A stretch of 64,000 nucleotides of DNA from a virus. A program made the position numbers and the translations under genes. This document shows, one piece after another, positions 26,014 to 33,577 of the stretch; within the stretch, counting starts at the first letter, position 1, and each line of letters starts with the position of its first letter. The DNA is taken from IMG/VR virus record IMGVR_UViG_3300045988_089740; one strand, given 5' to 3'. A model generated the notes under the pieces. It was not told the origin of the DNA, did not search any database, and saw only the letters and a list, made by a program, of their open reading frames with translations.

Positions 26014-26442
26014 ATGCTTGAAAAAATTTTAAAAAAACAAAAAAGGTCTTCTGAATGCCATCCGCTTGAAAAGCCTTTAGCTCATGATCGGACGTACGAG
26101 TATCATCACAAGAAAGCTGTTCTGGAGGACGAAAGACTGTACGACACGGAATCGGCGAAAAAGGTTTTTACGGACAAAGCTAGTTTGGAATATATCGCAC
26201 TCGGAAGAGCAGTGCAAAGAGCTTACTTCTTAACTCCGAACGGGAATTGGTTTTCAGCTGAAGAAAAAATCGAGACTGAAAGCGGAATCACTGATGTCGG
26301 CGATTATCGTATACAGGTCACAAAAACCATTTACACATACAGTGATCTTCGGATAGAGCAAAAATGCAAGGTTAAAGACCTGATTGGAAGAAATGACTAT
26401 GAGTTATACAAAGAATATTTTGGAGAGGTAAAAGAGGCATGA
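26014..26442 (+). CDS. hypothetical protein
   Basis: 142-aa ORF. Confidence 0.55.
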   Translation: MLEKILKKQKRSSECHPLEKPLAHDRTYEYHHKKAVLEDERLYDTESAKKVFTDKASLEYIALGRAVQRAYFLTPNGNWFSAEEKIETESGITDVGDYRIQVTKTIYTYSDLRIEQKCKVKDLIGRNDYELYKEYFGEVKEA

Positions 26443-26699
26443 ATAAAGAAAAAGGAATCTATGAGCTGTTACCGTCAGAACCAGTTGATGTAGCAGCTAT
26501 GCTGATAAAAGCAACGGTTATTACAGACGCACCGGTATTCGCACTGTCCCCAATGCTTGAAGGCAAAATGGTTGCAATTCCGAAATACGATCCGGTTCAG
26601 CTTCAGGAAATCGCAGAGCATCTTCTGGTGTACTGCAATGCACAGGAAAGGGGATATGAAAATGTCTGTTGTGAAGATTGTAAATCCGAATCCGTATGA
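26439..26699 (+). CDS. hypothetical protein
   Basis: 86-aa ORF with ATGA overlap. Confidence 0.5.
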   Translation: MNKEKGIYELLPSEPVDVAAMLIKATVITDAPVFALSPMLEGKMVAIPKYDPVQLQEIAEHLLVYCNAQERGYENVCCEDCKSESV

Positions 26700-27045
26700 C
26701 TGGAGGGGGACACAGTACTTTATTGACGAACATAAAGTACCGAGGGTAAAATCGGTTGATTTTCATGTTTCGGTCGATGAAGTACCGACGTTTAACTTTG
26801 AAATGATGGGAAGACCAGATATTGAAATGGAATGTCTAGCACAGATTAGTGTTAGTTCTCAATCAATTACTGATGCAATTTCAATTTTAAGACACGAACT
26901 GCTTCAACGTGGAGAAATATACCAAGGCTTCAAATCAAGCCTGAAATCGGCTCTGGAAATCTATTCTACATGTGGACTTCCATTTGAGCCTGAAGAAGAG
27001 ACAGCAGAAAAGATTCTTGATTTCATGATTGGAGAAAAACGATGA
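26662..27045 (+). CDS. hypothetical protein
   Basis: ATG 26662 follows AGGAAAGGGGA; the ORF opens at 26557. Confidence 0.5.
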   Translation: MSVVKIVNPNPYDWRGTQYFIDEHKVPRVKSVDFHVSVDEVPTFNFEMMGRPDIEMECLAQISVSSQSITDAISILRHELLQRGEIYQGFKSSLKSALEIYSTCGLPFEPEEETAEKILDFMIGEKR

Positions 27046-27212
27046 GGACGATATTTACGATAATCGCACTTGTCATCAACATCCTGATGTTCGCTTCGGC
27101 AAGTTTTGAGATCGTGACAAATAACAACAAAGATAAATGGGAATCTGCCGCTTGTTCGATGATTTTTATTGGAACCGGAATAAGCGTGATTTTATTTTTA
27201 ACATCCCTGTGA
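27042..27212 (+). CDS. small membrane protein
   Basis: 56 aa with two hydrophobic segments and an ATGA overlap. Below the track cutoff. Confidence 0.4.
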   Translation: MRTIFTIIALVINILMFASASFEIVTNNNKDKWESAACSMIFIGTGISVILFLTSL

Positions 27213-27527
27213 GGTGAAATAAATGTTACTGGCATTTCCGATGGTTTTAATTCCGCTGATATTGGTCGAGTGGATTAAAATAATAAAAGCAAAGGTACAG
27301 CCCTCGCCGTGTGGACTTGGAGGAAGGTTCATCACAGACAGGACGAGGCATGAAATTCCTAGATAGCCTGTATCAGTACGGATTTATGATAATGAAATAG
27401 ATATCCAAAACCAAATTTCCTCCAAATGAGTTACGACTGATACAGGCGTTCCAGGATAAACATAAATATAGCAATGGTGTTTTTGAAGTATATCACGTGC
27501 GGCAGGGTTGAGCGACTGCCGCAACAT

Positions 27528-27599
27528 AGCGCATTGGCGAAGCGGTAACGCACCGGACTTTGACTCCGTTATGCGTGGGTTCGAATCCCACATGCGCCG
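27528..27599 (+). tRNA. tRNA-Gln (anticodon TTG)
   Basis: Cloverleaf: acceptor agcgcat/atgcgcc (A1:C72 mismatch); D-arm GCGAAGCGGTAACGC; anticodon loop ctTTGac; T-arm gtggg-TTCGAAT-cccac. Confidence 0.8.
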
Positions 27600-27673
27600 T
27601 TCTGCATCGAGTTTATATCTTTTTCTTGGTGCAGATTGGATTTTCTTTTTCCTTTTTTAACGAAATACCCTTT

Positions 27674-27728
27674 AACCACCTATCGCAACGGCGATGACTA
27701 AAGGAACAGTCAAACGTTCCGGGTGGTT
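27674..27728 (+). other. three-way-junction structured element in a tRNA spacer
   Basis: aaccacc/ggtggtt closing stem encloses hairpins tcgc-aacg-gcga and tgact-aaaggaac-agtca. No T-loop is present. Confidence 0.3.
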
Positions 27729-27815
27729 TTAACCTTTGTTGCGGCTGGTGGCCAAGAACTGCAACAGTAGTAAAAAGACAGATATCACATCGACCCTGTA
27801 TCTTTTTGCTACTCA

Positions 27816-27889
27816 GGAAGCTTAGCTCAGTTGGTCAGAGTAACCGGCTCATAACCGGTCGGTCCTGGGTTCGAACCCCAGAGCTTCCA
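27816..27889 (+). tRNA. tRNA-Met (CAT anticodon; elongator Met and Ile2-type cannot be told apart by eye)
   Basis: Perfect 74-nt cloverleaf: ggaagct/agcttcc, gctc-agttggtca-gagt, accgg-ctCATaa-ccggt, ctggg-TTCGAAC-cccag. Confidence 0.9.
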
Positions 27890-28188
27890 TTTCTCCCGAA
27901 GCTGTCCATCCGTTTTGTGGATAGAAAAAACTGCCGAATGTGTGTATGTGGGTTGTTTTTCAGAAGGTACGTAACGGCGTAGCCGGATTTGAAAAAGCAA
28001 CTTCCCGTTCGGTTCTGTCTCTGAGTTGAATATGTCGCCAATGAGTGCACGTTGACGACAGGGAGTTTTCAAGAGGCATTTCAGGAATAATCCTCCGAAA
28101 CAACTCCGTGGGACTGGCACGGATGAAAACAGTCTAGTGGAAAGCATAACACGATAAACCTATTGCTAACCCGGGAATCCGGGTTATT

Positions 28189-28260
28189 CGGAATGTGCAA
28201 GTAACTGGGAACGACCTGGTCGTAGACTAGGTCTTGATGGTTCGAATCCATCCGTTCCGC
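28189..28260 (+). tRNA. degenerate tRNA-like sequence (GTA/Tyr-type anticodon; probable pseudo-tRNA)
   Basis: Acceptor cggaatg/cgttccg, T-arm gatgg-TTCGAAT-ccatc, anticodon arm cctgg-tcGTAga-ctagg. There is no pairable D-stem and position 33 is C. Confidence 0.3.
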
Positions 28261-28423
28261 TTGTCTGGAGCCTGAAAGTTTGGCGTGGGAATAGCGCAGG
28301 GCAGCGCATGGGAATGTAATTCCGAGTTCCGGACATGTTTGCTGCCTATCGGATTGTAAAGTGGTCTCCCTTAAAGTAGGCAATAAGTGAACGTGTTGAA
28401 ATGGTTCTTCCAGATATGTACAT

Positions 28424-28495
28424 CGCAGGATGGAGAAGCGGAATCTCGCAAGGTTCATACCCTTGAGAACGGCGGTTCAAATCCGTCTCCTGCAA
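28424..28495 (+). tRNA. tRNA-Met (CAT), initiator-like
   Basis: C1:A72 mismatch (cgcagga/tcctgca), A73, T-loop TTCAAAT, anticodon loop ttCATac, D-arm gaga-agcggaa-tctc. Only two of the three G-C pairs expected for an initiator are in the anticodon stem. Confidence 0.75.
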
Positions 28496-28611
28496 TTAAT
28501 CCGTCTATCGTTCAGCGGATTAAAGCAAATTCTCAATATACCTTCTTTCTATGAATGTGGAACTCAACCCAATTGCTCTTTCATTAGAACAATTGACCGT
28601 GACAGACGTCA

Positions 28612-28682
28612 TGGAATGTAGCTCAGTGGTAGAGCAGTGACTTACAAGTCATGTGTCGCAGGTTCGATTCCTGCCTTTCCGA
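28612..28682 (+). tRNA. atypical tRNA-Val(TAC)-like gene with a non-7-nt anticodon loop
   Basis: Normal D-arm (gctc-agtggta-gagc) and T-arm (gcagg-TTCGATT-cctgc). The anticodon stem gtgac/gtcat leaves a 6-nt loop ttacaa (8 nt if the closing C-G opens). T:T mismatch in the acceptor stem. Confidence 0.45.
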
Positions 28683-28745
28683 TTCCGGTAAATTGCCATT
28701 ATCGGAAAGCATTTCCAAAATGCTCAAATTTACCTTCTGATTGGT

Positions 28746-28797
28746 TCCGGTGGTTCACGTTGGGTGACGATGCGTGGTTCAAGTCCACCCACCGGAC
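28746..28797 (+). other. tRNA-like minihelix followed by a T-run
   Basis: TCCGGTGG-ttcacgttgggtgacgatgc-GTGG-TTCAAGT-CCAC-CCACCGGA-c-ttttt. It has an 8-bp acceptor-like stem and a T-arm, with only a small hairpin (tcac/gtga) between them. Confidence 0.35.
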
Positions 28798-28858
28798 TTT
28801 TTATTTTATAGAAAAAGGTTACTTGGTGATAGCTGTGAATGTTGGGAGGGTGTAAAAA

Positions 28859-29134
28859 ATGAAAATTCATGAAGTGATACGTCTGAGAAATGTATACGGT
28901 GGAGAAACGACTCTTAATGACCTTGTAAGTCTAATACAAGGAAATAGAATTCATAGATGCCCGAAATGCGGCGGAAGTGGAACTACTATCAAAAGAGTAA
29001 ATCGTGCACAATACTGGGAGTGTTGCGATGATTACAAAGAAGTGGAAGTCACTTGCGACCTATGCAACGGTGAAGGATACACTGAGAAAAGATACGAGCC
29101 TAGAATGGTGCAGGATGGATGGAAATGCGAATAG
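28859..29134 (+). CDS. zinc-finger protein (DnaJ-type CxxCxGxG repeats)
   Basis: CPKCGGSG and CDLCNGEG motifs. Confidence 0.55.
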   Translation: MKIHEVIRLRNVYGGETTLNDLVSLIQGNRIHRCPKCGGSGTTIKRVNRAQYWECCDDYKEVEVTCDLCNGEGYTEKRYEPRMVQDGWKCE

Positions 29135-29286
29135 CAGGTAAAGAAATCAAAGATGAATGCTCCAAATGCGGAAATATCCTCGAATGCGAATTGTTCCGTC
29201 AGGGGCATGGAATAAAACAGGAACGTGAGAATATAGCAAAGATGATCAAGTGCCAGATGAAGCACAGGGAGGAAAGAGAGAAATGA
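29125..29286 (+). CDS. small Cys-containing protein
   Basis: 53 aa (MRIAGKEIKDECSKCGNILECE...); ATGA overlap with the next gene. Below the track cutoff. Confidence 0.4.
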   Translation: MRIAGKEIKDECSKCGNILECELFRQGHGIKQERENIAKMIKCQMKHREEREK

Positions 29287-29996
29287 ACGAATTGAAGGTA
29301 TTAAATGAGCAGGAAGTGTTAGGAAAACAGTTTAAGGTTTACGGAACAGCAGAGGAACCACTGTTCCTGGCTAAAGATGTAGCGGAGTGGATTGAGTATG
29401 ACACATCATCAGTGCATAAGATGCTTACCAATGTAGACGATGATGAAAAGGTTCGGAAGAATGTTCCGACCCTTGGAGGAACACAGGAATCATGGTGCCT
29501 TACCGAGAACGGACTTTACGAAGTCCTGATGCAATCCAGAAAGCCGATCGCAAAGCAATTTAAGAAAGAAGTCAAAGAGATTTTGAAAACCATCCGTAAG
29601 CATGGCATATATGCTACAGACAATGTTATCGACAATATTCTCAATAATCCAGACTTTGGCATCGAACTTCTGACCAAACTGAAAGAGGAACGTGCTGCAA
29701 GAGTAGAAGCTGAGAGAAAGAACGCTATTCTGATGCACGTCAATAAGACGTATACCATTACTGAGATTGCTAAAGAACTGGGACTGAAATCAGCGATGCA
29801 GCTAAACCGGATTCTGGCAGAAAAGAAAATCCAGTATCAGGTGAACGGTACGTGGTTGATGTACTCCAACTACAGTGACTGCGGATATGAAGAAATCAAA
29901 CAGGAAGTATTGGATTCTGGAAAAGTAATCTACCACAGGCGAATCACACAGATGGGACGGGAGTTTATTCTTGATTTGTTTGAGAAAACAGCATAA
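29283..29996 (+). CDS. Phage antirepressor (Bro-N plus KilAC-like domains)
   Basis: FKVYGTAEEPLFLAKDVAEWIEY...TENGLYEVLMQSRKPIAKQFKKEV matches Bro-N; C-terminal ITEIAKELGLKSAMQLNRILAEKKIQY matches KilAC. Confidence 0.75.
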   Translation: MNELKVLNEQEVLGKQFKVYGTAEEPLFLAKDVAEWIEYDTSSVHKMLTNVDDDEKVRKNVPTLGGTQESWCLTENGLYEVLMQSRKPIAKQFKKEVKEILKTIRKHGIYATDNVIDNILNNPDFGIELLTKLKEERAARVEAERKNAILMHVNKTYTITEIAKELGLKSAMQLNRILAEKKIQYQVNGTWLMYSNYSDCGYEEIKQEVLDSGKVIYHRRITQMGREFILDLFEKTA

Positions 29997-30013
29997 TTAA
30001 AAGGAGAATCGCC

Positions 30014-30253
30014 ATGATTAAAAAACTCTGCAATCTATACATAAAACACAAGACAAAGAACCTCACAAGGATTCCACTGTTTACAATGACTTTTAACTGG
30101 CGGAAATTCCAGAAAGAAGGAAAAAAAGGCAGTTGCATAATGTGCACGATACATCCAGACATTGCAAAAGACCCAATCTTAAAAGAAAAACTCAGTGAAT
30201 GTGTAGATCATATCCGCAACAATTACGATATGGAAATATTTACCAAGATTTGA
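30014..30253 (+). CDS. hypothetical protein (start uncertain)
   Basis: 79-aa ORF. The N-terminal half looks non-genic, so an internal Met start is possible. Confidence 0.3.
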   Translation: MIKKLCNLYIKHKTKNLTRIPLFTMTFNWRKFQKEGKKGSCIMCTIHPDIAKDPILKEKLSECVDHIRNNYDMEIFTKI

Positions 30254-30265
30254 GGGGAGGAAACC

Positions 30266-30604
30266 ATGAGGATTGAAGATATGAAGAACTGGACGGTAGA
30301 TCAGCTGAAGAAAGAAGTTGTCCGACTATCTGAAGAATGTGAGAAAAGACAGCATGAAATTTTGGATTTACAAGAACACCAGATTGAGCTGGAAAGAGAT
30401 TGTGATGTGATGATGATGTATGGAGAACCTGAATTAATTAACGATGCGCAACCAGATAAAAAGGAGACAGATTTTGCTGCAAGCTTAAAAATGTATAAAG
30501 ATCAGCATCAGTCTGACTGTATCACAATCAACCAGCTTCAGACCGCATTGGACGTAATGGTCGACCGATATGCAAATCTGAGAAAGATTCATGGGGTGAG
30601 TTGA
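30266..30604 (+). CDS. hypothetical coiled-coil protein
   Basis: 112-aa ORF with SD GAGGGGAGGA. Confidence 0.55.
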   Translation: MRIEDMKNWTVDQLKKEVVRLSEECEKRQHEILDLQEHQIELERDCDVMMMYGEPELINDAQPDKKETDFAASLKMYKDQHQSDCITINQLQTALDVMVDRYANLRKIHGVS

Positions 30605-30605
30605 T

Positions 30606-30767
30606 ATGGGCGTAGAAACAAAAAAGTTAGCCAGAACGAAGGGCGAGCCTGTCAAAGAAATTGCTGACTTTGCAAAAACACATCCGTACGAGTATATGAG
30701 AAAATGCTTAGAGCAATATCCGTATTGGGGAAACAAGGACAATGGTTTTAATCGACAGAAATTTTAA
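30606..30767 (+). CDS. small hypothetical protein
   Basis: 53 aa (MGVETKKLARTKGEPVKEIADFAK...). Below the track cutoff. Confidence 0.4.
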   Translation: MGVETKKLARTKGEPVKEIADFAKTHPYEYMRKCLEQYPYWGNKDNGFNRQKF

Positions 30768-30778
30768 GGAGATTTTAA

Positions 30779-31012
30779 ATGAGTATCAAATCAGCATTTG
30801 AATCTGAGGGAATAGATTTCTCTCAGGTAATGAATCCACCGGAGCCGTGGGACGGACGGGCATTAATAAAGAACATCAATGGCAAACTGTGGTATTGTTG
30901 CCCTTTTTGCGAGAAGAAAGCACTTCTGATTAGCCCAGAGACAAAAATTCAGCATCTTAAATTGAAATGCAAGGGTAGCAACTGTAATAAAGAATTTGAG
31001 GTGAATGTATGA
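30779..31012 (+). CDS. zinc-ribbon protein
   Basis: CCPFCEKK...CKGSNCNKE. Confidence 0.5.
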   Translation: MSIKSAFESEGIDFSQVMNPPEPWDGRALIKNINGKLWYCCPFCEKKALLISPETKIQHLKLKCKGSNCNKEFEVNV

Positions 31013-31530
31013 AAATTGTGGTTAAAAGGATTCCGATTGAGATCATCGAACTTGGAATAGAAACATATGCGCAGATTGATATCGAGGAAATTCTTCTTAC
31101 ATCTTATCCGCCAATTACAAAGACCGTTTTAAAATTTTATACTGAGTACACTGCATTTGAATTCCAAAAGGAATATTCAGTAAAAATAAAAAATGATGAT
31201 ATGGTCATAAAATGTTATATTGGAAGACTTTCAAATATTCTAATTCAAAAAGACGCAGGAGAAAGAACTGCTGTTGAATGGTATCCGGTTATATGCGATT
31301 CGGAGGTACATAATGAAAATAATCCTTTGACTTGTTATATAAACCCACCTTATCCAGAAACAAAACTTGATAAAACTATAAAAAGAATCAATGAATCACA
31401 GAAATTTGATTCAGTATTCAAAATTGACTTTGATGAATTTTTTGAGCGACATACCAGAATGGAATTGGCACATATCGCACATGAAATTATCAATTATTTG
31501 GAGGAACCAGATGAATATAAAACGGATTAA
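31009..31530 (+). CDS. hypothetical protein
   Basis: 173-aa ORF with ATGA overlap. Confidence 0.55.
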   Translation: MKIVVKRIPIEIIELGIETYAQIDIEEILLTSYPPITKTVLKFYTEYTAFEFQKEYSVKIKNDDMVIKCYIGRLSNILIQKDAGERTAVEWYPVICDSEVHNENNPLTCYINPPYPETKLDKTIKRINESQKFDSVFKIDFDEFFERHTRMELAHIAHEIINYLEEPDEYKTD

Positions 31531-31684
31531 ATGTATTTTAACAGGCGGATGTAGATTCCGGGATTCAGCTATTTCAGAGTGCGACGATAAAGAAAAGACC
31601 TGTACCATTACGGAAACTTGCTGCAAGTGTGGGAAGAAATATACAGCCGTATTTACTTACAAACAATTAGGGATTCCAGATTGA
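31511..31684 (+). CDS. small Cys-rich protein
   Basis: ATG 31511 follows TTGGAGGAA; the ORF opens at 31391. Confidence 0.45.
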   Translation: MNIKRIKCILTGGCRFRDSAISECDDKEKTCTITETCCKCGKKYTAVFTYKQLGIPD

Positions 31685-31693
31685 GGTGAATAT

Positions 31694-32005
31694 ATGAAAT
31701 ATGGTGTAGTGAATTATCCCGTTAAGGTTATTGATGAAGAAATCATTAATGCACTGGCAGACATTGAAATACATCATGAAGAAGATAAACGAATTGTTTT
31801 GGTAGAATGCGTCATGAATTACACTGATCTTCCGGAGGAATGCATTCTTGAAATTGGATATCTTAAAAGAAAATTCAAACTCATGCATACTGAATCTGTT
31901 GCATCAGAATCAGATATTTATAAGTTGAAATTTATGTTCGAACGAGTAGAAGATATAAATAAAAAAGACGAGTGGTGGGATTCACTTAGAAGCATCGTGA
32001 GGTAA
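31694..32005 (+). CDS. hypothetical protein
   Basis: 103-aa ORF. Confidence 0.55.
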   Translation: MKYGVVNYPVKVIDEEIINALADIEIHHEEDKRIVLVECVMNYTDLPEECILEIGYLKRKFKLMHTESVASESDIYKLKFMFERVEDINKKDEWWDSLRSIVR

Positions 32006-32008
32006 TGT

Positions 32009-32293
32009 ATGATATGGAACGAAGAAATATCCTTTGATGGATTTCAAAAGAAGATTGATGAGTGGTACAAGGATAAAGACTTTGAACTGTGCGACCCACC
32101 TATCAGCGCTCAGTTTGCCTTAGACTTAATTTTCAAGACATTAGTAGATGATAGAGAAGATTATCCGTATCTCACAACTATGTCAGAAAACACAGAACAA
32201 ACAAATAGCATCATGCTTGATTTGATTCTTCGGAAATACAGTCGCAAATACAGAAAATACTTGAAATCAAAAAGAAAGATGGTAAGCAAATGA
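32009..32293 (+). CDS. hypothetical protein
   Basis: 94-aa ORF. Confidence 0.55.
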   Translation: MIWNEEISFDGFQKKIDEWYKDKDFELCDPPISAQFALDLIFKTLVDDREDYPYLTTMSENTEQTNSIMLDLILRKYSRKYRKYLKSKRKMVSK

Positions 32294-32389
32294 AAAAGAT
32301 ACCAACATTATTTGAGCGAGAATTCAAATACCACAATGTAAAATCAAGCGTTCAGATTTTGGCTTTGAATGGCCAGTAAAGGGGAATTT

Positions 32390-32554
32390 ATGAATCAAGT
32401 ATTTATATTTCTAGTGATATGTGGAGCGGTAGTAGTATGGTTTCTGCTTTACAAATTATTTCAGCCACTAGGTAAATTATTGAATCACATTGGCAGAAAT
32501 GCTATTGATGAGTTAAATAAAGACGAAAGTCAAAAAGAGGAGGACAAAAAATGA
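32390..32554 (+). CDS. small single-pass membrane protein
   Basis: MNQVFIFLVICGAVVVWFLLYKLF...; ATGA overlap with the SPFH gene. Confidence 0.5.
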   Translation: MNQVFIFLVICGAVVVWFLLYKLFQPLGKLLNHIGRNAIDELNKDESQKEEDKK

Positions 32555-33504
32555 AGAAAGGACTTTTAGGTGGAATTGGATTAGCTGTTGCGATCATTGC
32601 AGGGCTTATATGCGTTGCGAAGTGTAGCGTAAGGGTTCCGGCTGGTTACATTGCAGTAGAGTACAAAATGAACGGAGGGATTTCCAAGAATGTACTTACA
32701 CAGGGATGGCATTTGATTTCACCTACAGTAAAAACTTCACTGTATTCTGTTGGAATCGAACAGTCTTATCTTACATCTGAGGATAAAGGCGATTCTCCAA
32801 AAGACGAAAGTTTTAAGACGCCAACAGCAGATGGCAAATCTCTTTTAGTTGATTTGGAATTTTCGTACAAATTCGACCAAAACAGAGTAACCGATGTATT
32901 TACTCAGTTTAAAGGTCAATCCGGGGAATCCGTGAAAAATACCTTTATTAAACCCAAGATGAAAGCATGGACACAGGAAGTAACTGCAAAGTATCCAGTA
33001 ACAGATGTTTTCGGTGATAAGCGTCAGGAACTGAATGAAGCACTTGACGAATATCTTAAACAGAAGTTTGAACCATACGGAATTATTATTGATACAGTAA
33101 ACTTTACTTCTATTTCCACCGATGATGAAACACAGGCTGCAATCCAAAAGAAAGTAAATGCACAGCAAGAGCTTGAATTGGCCAACATTGAAGCTAAAAC
33201 AGCCAAAGTACAAGCCGATAAAGATAAAGAAGTTGCACTGATTGCTGCTGAACAGGAAAAAGAAAGAGCAGCTATTCAGGCAGAACAAGCCAAAATTGAT
33301 GCAAAAGGCAAAGCTGAAGCTATTAAGATTAAAGCTGAAGCCGAAGCGGAAGCTAACAGAAAGATTGCAGAATCACTTACCCCTGAACTGATTGAAAAAC
33401 AGAAGATTGATAAATGGAATGGCGAGGTTCCGAAGATTCAGGGAAGCAACACTTCTACTATCGTAGACACAAGAGATATGACAGTTGATGAGAATGCTGA
33501 ATAA
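32551..33504 (+). CDS. SPFH/Band-7 (prohibitin/HflC-like) membrane protein
   Basis: N-terminal TM segment, SPFH core (VRVPAGYIAVEYKMNGG...LVDLEFSYKF...) and an Ala/Glu/Lys-rich coiled-coil tail. Confidence 0.75.
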   Translation: MKKGLLGGIGLAVAIIAGLICVAKCSVRVPAGYIAVEYKMNGGISKNVLTQGWHLISPTVKTSLYSVGIEQSYLTSEDKGDSPKDESFKTPTADGKSLLVDLEFSYKFDQNRVTDVFTQFKGQSGESVKNTFIKPKMKAWTQEVTAKYPVTDVFGDKRQELNEALDEYLKQKFEPYGIIIDTVNFTSISTDDETQAAIQKKVNAQQELELANIEAKTAKVQADKDKEVALIAAEQEKERAAIQAEQAKIDAKGKAEAIKIKAEAEAEANRKIAESLTPELIEKQKIDKWNGEVPKIQGSNTSTIVDTRDMTVDENAE

Positions 33505-33531
33505 TAAATAAATCAGTCAGAGAGCCACGTG

Positions 33532-33577
33532 AGAGCCAGACTAAATCCTAAAAGAAAGGAGGTCTGGCTCTATTTTT
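33532..33577 (+). terminator. terminator-like hairpin abutting the TerL start, with the TerL SD in its loop
   Basis: agagccagac (33532-33541) pairs with gtctggctct (33562-33571), then aTTTTTa. The loop carries AAGGAGG. Confidence 0.5.

Noticed and set aside
28236-28330. Circularly permuted or intron-split tRNA formed by the 3' half at 28236-28260 and the 5' half at about 28283-28326
   Set aside because: The acceptor strands are not complementary: cgttccg versus ggcgtgg. The two pieces therefore cannot form one tRNA.
27384-28458. Minus-strand ORFs across the tRNA region (27384..27593, 27827..28147, 28081..28458), and + strand ORFs 28430..28621 and 28637..28855
   Set aside because: They run through tRNA genes and structured spacers, have no SDs, and their composition is non-protein-like.
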